64,000 nt of DNA from the NCBI GenBank assembly GCA_030704615.1, contig CM060731.1, positions 33,356,001 to 33,420,000 on the forward strand, given 5' to 3'. The stretch is from Takakia lepidozioides. Its lineage: Eukaryota; Plantae; Bryophyta. Shown piece by piece: positions 61,501 through 64,000 of the stretch. Every line of letters begins with the position of its first letter. Position 1 is the stretch's first letter. The notes under the pieces were generated by a model. It ran no database searches. It saw nothing but the letters and a program-made list of their open reading frames with translations, and was not told where the DNA came from. The position numbers and the translations under genes were made by a program.

Positions 61501-63165
61501 CTACTTATCAGCCTTTCTTTGGCCTGAAAGATTGTATGCAGCAAGCCCAGCCACAAGTATCGATCCACCCAAGAAGAGACCTGGAGGGAGGCTTGCGGGA
61601 GCTCCTAAATATGGCAAGGGCAAAGTAAAAGCCCAGACAGAGAGAGGTACTGCCAATGTTACAGAGAGAGAGGACACTACAGCTGATGACTGCTTCAGCA
61701 AACTGAGAGCAGAGATATTGAATGCTAAATTGATGAACACATAGAGCAAAGGCAGTAAGGGTGCACCAGTGCAAGCTCCTGAACCCATATTGACAAAGCA
61801 TGCTGCTCCCTCTCTGAAGTACGTTGGCAGCTGCTGGAAGGGGATACCTTTGAGATTAGACAGCAATGGAAGTAGGAGAAACACAAAGAGGGCTTGGAAT
61901 CCTGAGCCCAGGGTATTCACCACAAAAATGTCCACAGATCCGCCTTTCAGCCGCGTGGCATCTCGGAAGATAAACTCTTTCAAGATTGAAGCACCTGCTG
62001 AGAAGAGAGTCGAAAAGATCATCAAAAAGGGCCAGAAAAGTCCCGATTCTTGCAGTGACTGTGGGTCAACTCCTCCGGATCCGCTTGCTACAACAATCGC
62101 AACTCCCACAACCACCAAGAGACAGCCCACAATTTGCCCAGGTGTGTACCGCTTTCCTAAAATCGTTGCAGAGAGGAGGAGTTGCCAAACCAAATATACC
62201 TGATTTGGACCCCACAATTCATTAATACGTTTTCAACTCTTTGTAGCATCAGGTGTCTTCCAAATTGACCTAAACCAACTTTCCATGTAAAGAATGTGAG
62301 ACAGCTTTGGAGAATTGATCTCATGCTCCCATTCCAACATGTTTACTTCCAAGTTCAATGATAAATGCCACAATCAGATTTGGCTCACAACATACAAATG
62401 GACTTCGTCTTTTACTCAATGATGGGATATCCTTGCAAACAGTGAAAATGGATGGTTTACCTGTGTCAAAATAGGTATGGATGCTCCTGAAAGAACTGCT
62501 GCAGCTGCCATGCCTGACGCCAGCCCCAGCGCTTCCAGTGCACCAACGGCGATGAATCGGGCCTTCGGTAATTCCAGCATCTCCTTGGTCACAATACCAG
62601 CCCGGTAACGAACATACAGAATAGTGGAATAGACTATAACATAGCCAAATGTGGTCACTTGAGCCAAAAAGAAAGGATACTCTTGCAGTGGAACTAAGGC
62701 CATTTTGTACAGAACTTTGTTGGTCACAGAAAAGAGGACAGTGGCTGTGGCTGTGGCCACAACTCGCAAGTTATTCTTGGAAATATGTAGTCCTAGCAGA
62801 GAGACAGTCTCCTGCTTTTCGTCATTCCCAGATAAATTGGATGCTTTGAAAACCCACTGTCTATCTCTTTTCCTTCGATCTCTTCGGTTTGCTGACCCCA
62901 GTAAATGAGGTCCGAATAGTCCAACACGAGCCTTAGAAAATGCTTGAGTTTTGAGCAGCCATAGCCGTGACTCGAAACCGGTTCGTAAGAATCTGGGAGA
63001 AAGAGAGGCTTCGAGAATGCAAGAAGACACTGACTCTGATGACGTACCCCTAACACATCTAGACACTCTCTGCGAAGATGAAGAAGCTGAGGAAGACGGA
63101 GAGGATTTACATGCACTGGCGTGATGCAGACTATGCGCGCAATCAGGTTGTGCCAAGCCAGCCAT
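61501..63165 (-). CDS. CLT: CRT-like transporter (plastid glutathione/gamma-EC exporter family), 2 exons
   Basis: Exons 63165-62461 and 62199-61501. Ser-rich transit peptide; NKVLYKMALVPL..YPFFLAQ..TFGYV, GALEALG.ASGMAAAA.L.G..IPILTQ, LKEFIF.DA, DIFVVNT.GS.FQA, GAPLLPLL, LLKQSSAVVS. Confidence 0.92.
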
Positions 63166-64000
63166 AGTTTGCAGTGTTTGGTTTCAATTCAGAGGTAACG
63201 GAATTCTACGGATCATCAACTCTGCACCGAGTCCTATTTCAATGACCTTTCATTGCTTGAGGAAATGTGAAGGTCTGTTGGATTGCACCCTGCAATCCCT
63301 CAGTCTGCTGCTGCCCTAAAACCTCGGGTAATCTTACTCTAAGATGCTCTTGTTTCCATACGATGGATGCTGGCCTCCCTTTCTCTCTTCCGTGTCTCCC
63401 ATATGTGGATGTTGCATTATCATTCGTCTGTAATTTGTGGCGATCTACATTCTTCGCCTGTATCTGCTTTCTCCTGTTCCTTGGACCACAAAATCTCCCT
63501 CCCTGCCGTCCTCCTTTAACCGCCTACACTCTACCTCCAAGCACCAACAGCAGAAAGTTACCGAAATACCGTGAGAAAGGAAACTCAGATCCGACGACGA
63601 TAGCAGCTCGGTCAGACTCATAGCACTTTCCACCGATGCCACAAAAGAAATCACGTGTGTCACAACTCACAACCCCAGTGAAGAAGCGGCTTCACCTTAT
63701 AGCCCATAGAATTAGAACTGATCTGGCGGCCTGCCATTGATCAAGAATCACCGAATTTGTTGCGTGGGCTTCCTTGATGGGGCGGTGCAGCTTTTGACTC
63801 ACTCACGTTGGCAAACCCTATTGCATCACCACACCAATCCCGCCATGCCACCTCTTGCCTTCTTCATGATGCATCAAGCACCTTCACTGCTGTTTCCTCT
63901 CTTGTCTCTTTTGTCAACACTTGATCGGCCATCATCTAGCTTCCATCCAAGTGTGATGCGCTTCAACTGCTGCCCATCTGCTTTGCATGCCAGCAAAGTC

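Overview
Eukaryotic nuclear DNA from a land plant, most likely non-seed or bryophyte-grade. This is inferred from intron-rich genes, a PLS-class PPR editing factor, a PSPG-box UGT, and CLT and DUF177 genes. Genes in order: 3' end of an unknown gene (+), group-B/PFK5-like phosphofructokinase (-), prolyl oligopeptidase (+), PLS-PPR with a decayed DYW tail (-), UGT (-), PI-PLC X-domain protein (-), PAP14/16/28/29-type (DCR2-like) phosphoesterase (-), a small 4-exon ASDURF-like prefoldin microprotein not in the ORF track (+), DUF177 (+) and CLT (-). Intergenic DNA holds nested TE debris. Top observations: (1) a decayed Ty3/Gypsy retrotransposon carries a C5 DNA-cytosine-methyltransferase domain between protease and RT; (2) the ASDURF-like ORF appears to be spliced onto the DUF177 transcript as a uORF or bicistron; (3) the PFK has a C-terminal tail with three Cys-Pro-Val motifs resembling heme-regulatory motifs; (4) a TTAA-targeted piggyBac-like insertion; (5) a PPR whose DYW domain survives only as a fossil. 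Exon boundaries were read by eye from GT/GC-AG sites and phase. Family assignments are from recalled motifs, not database searches.
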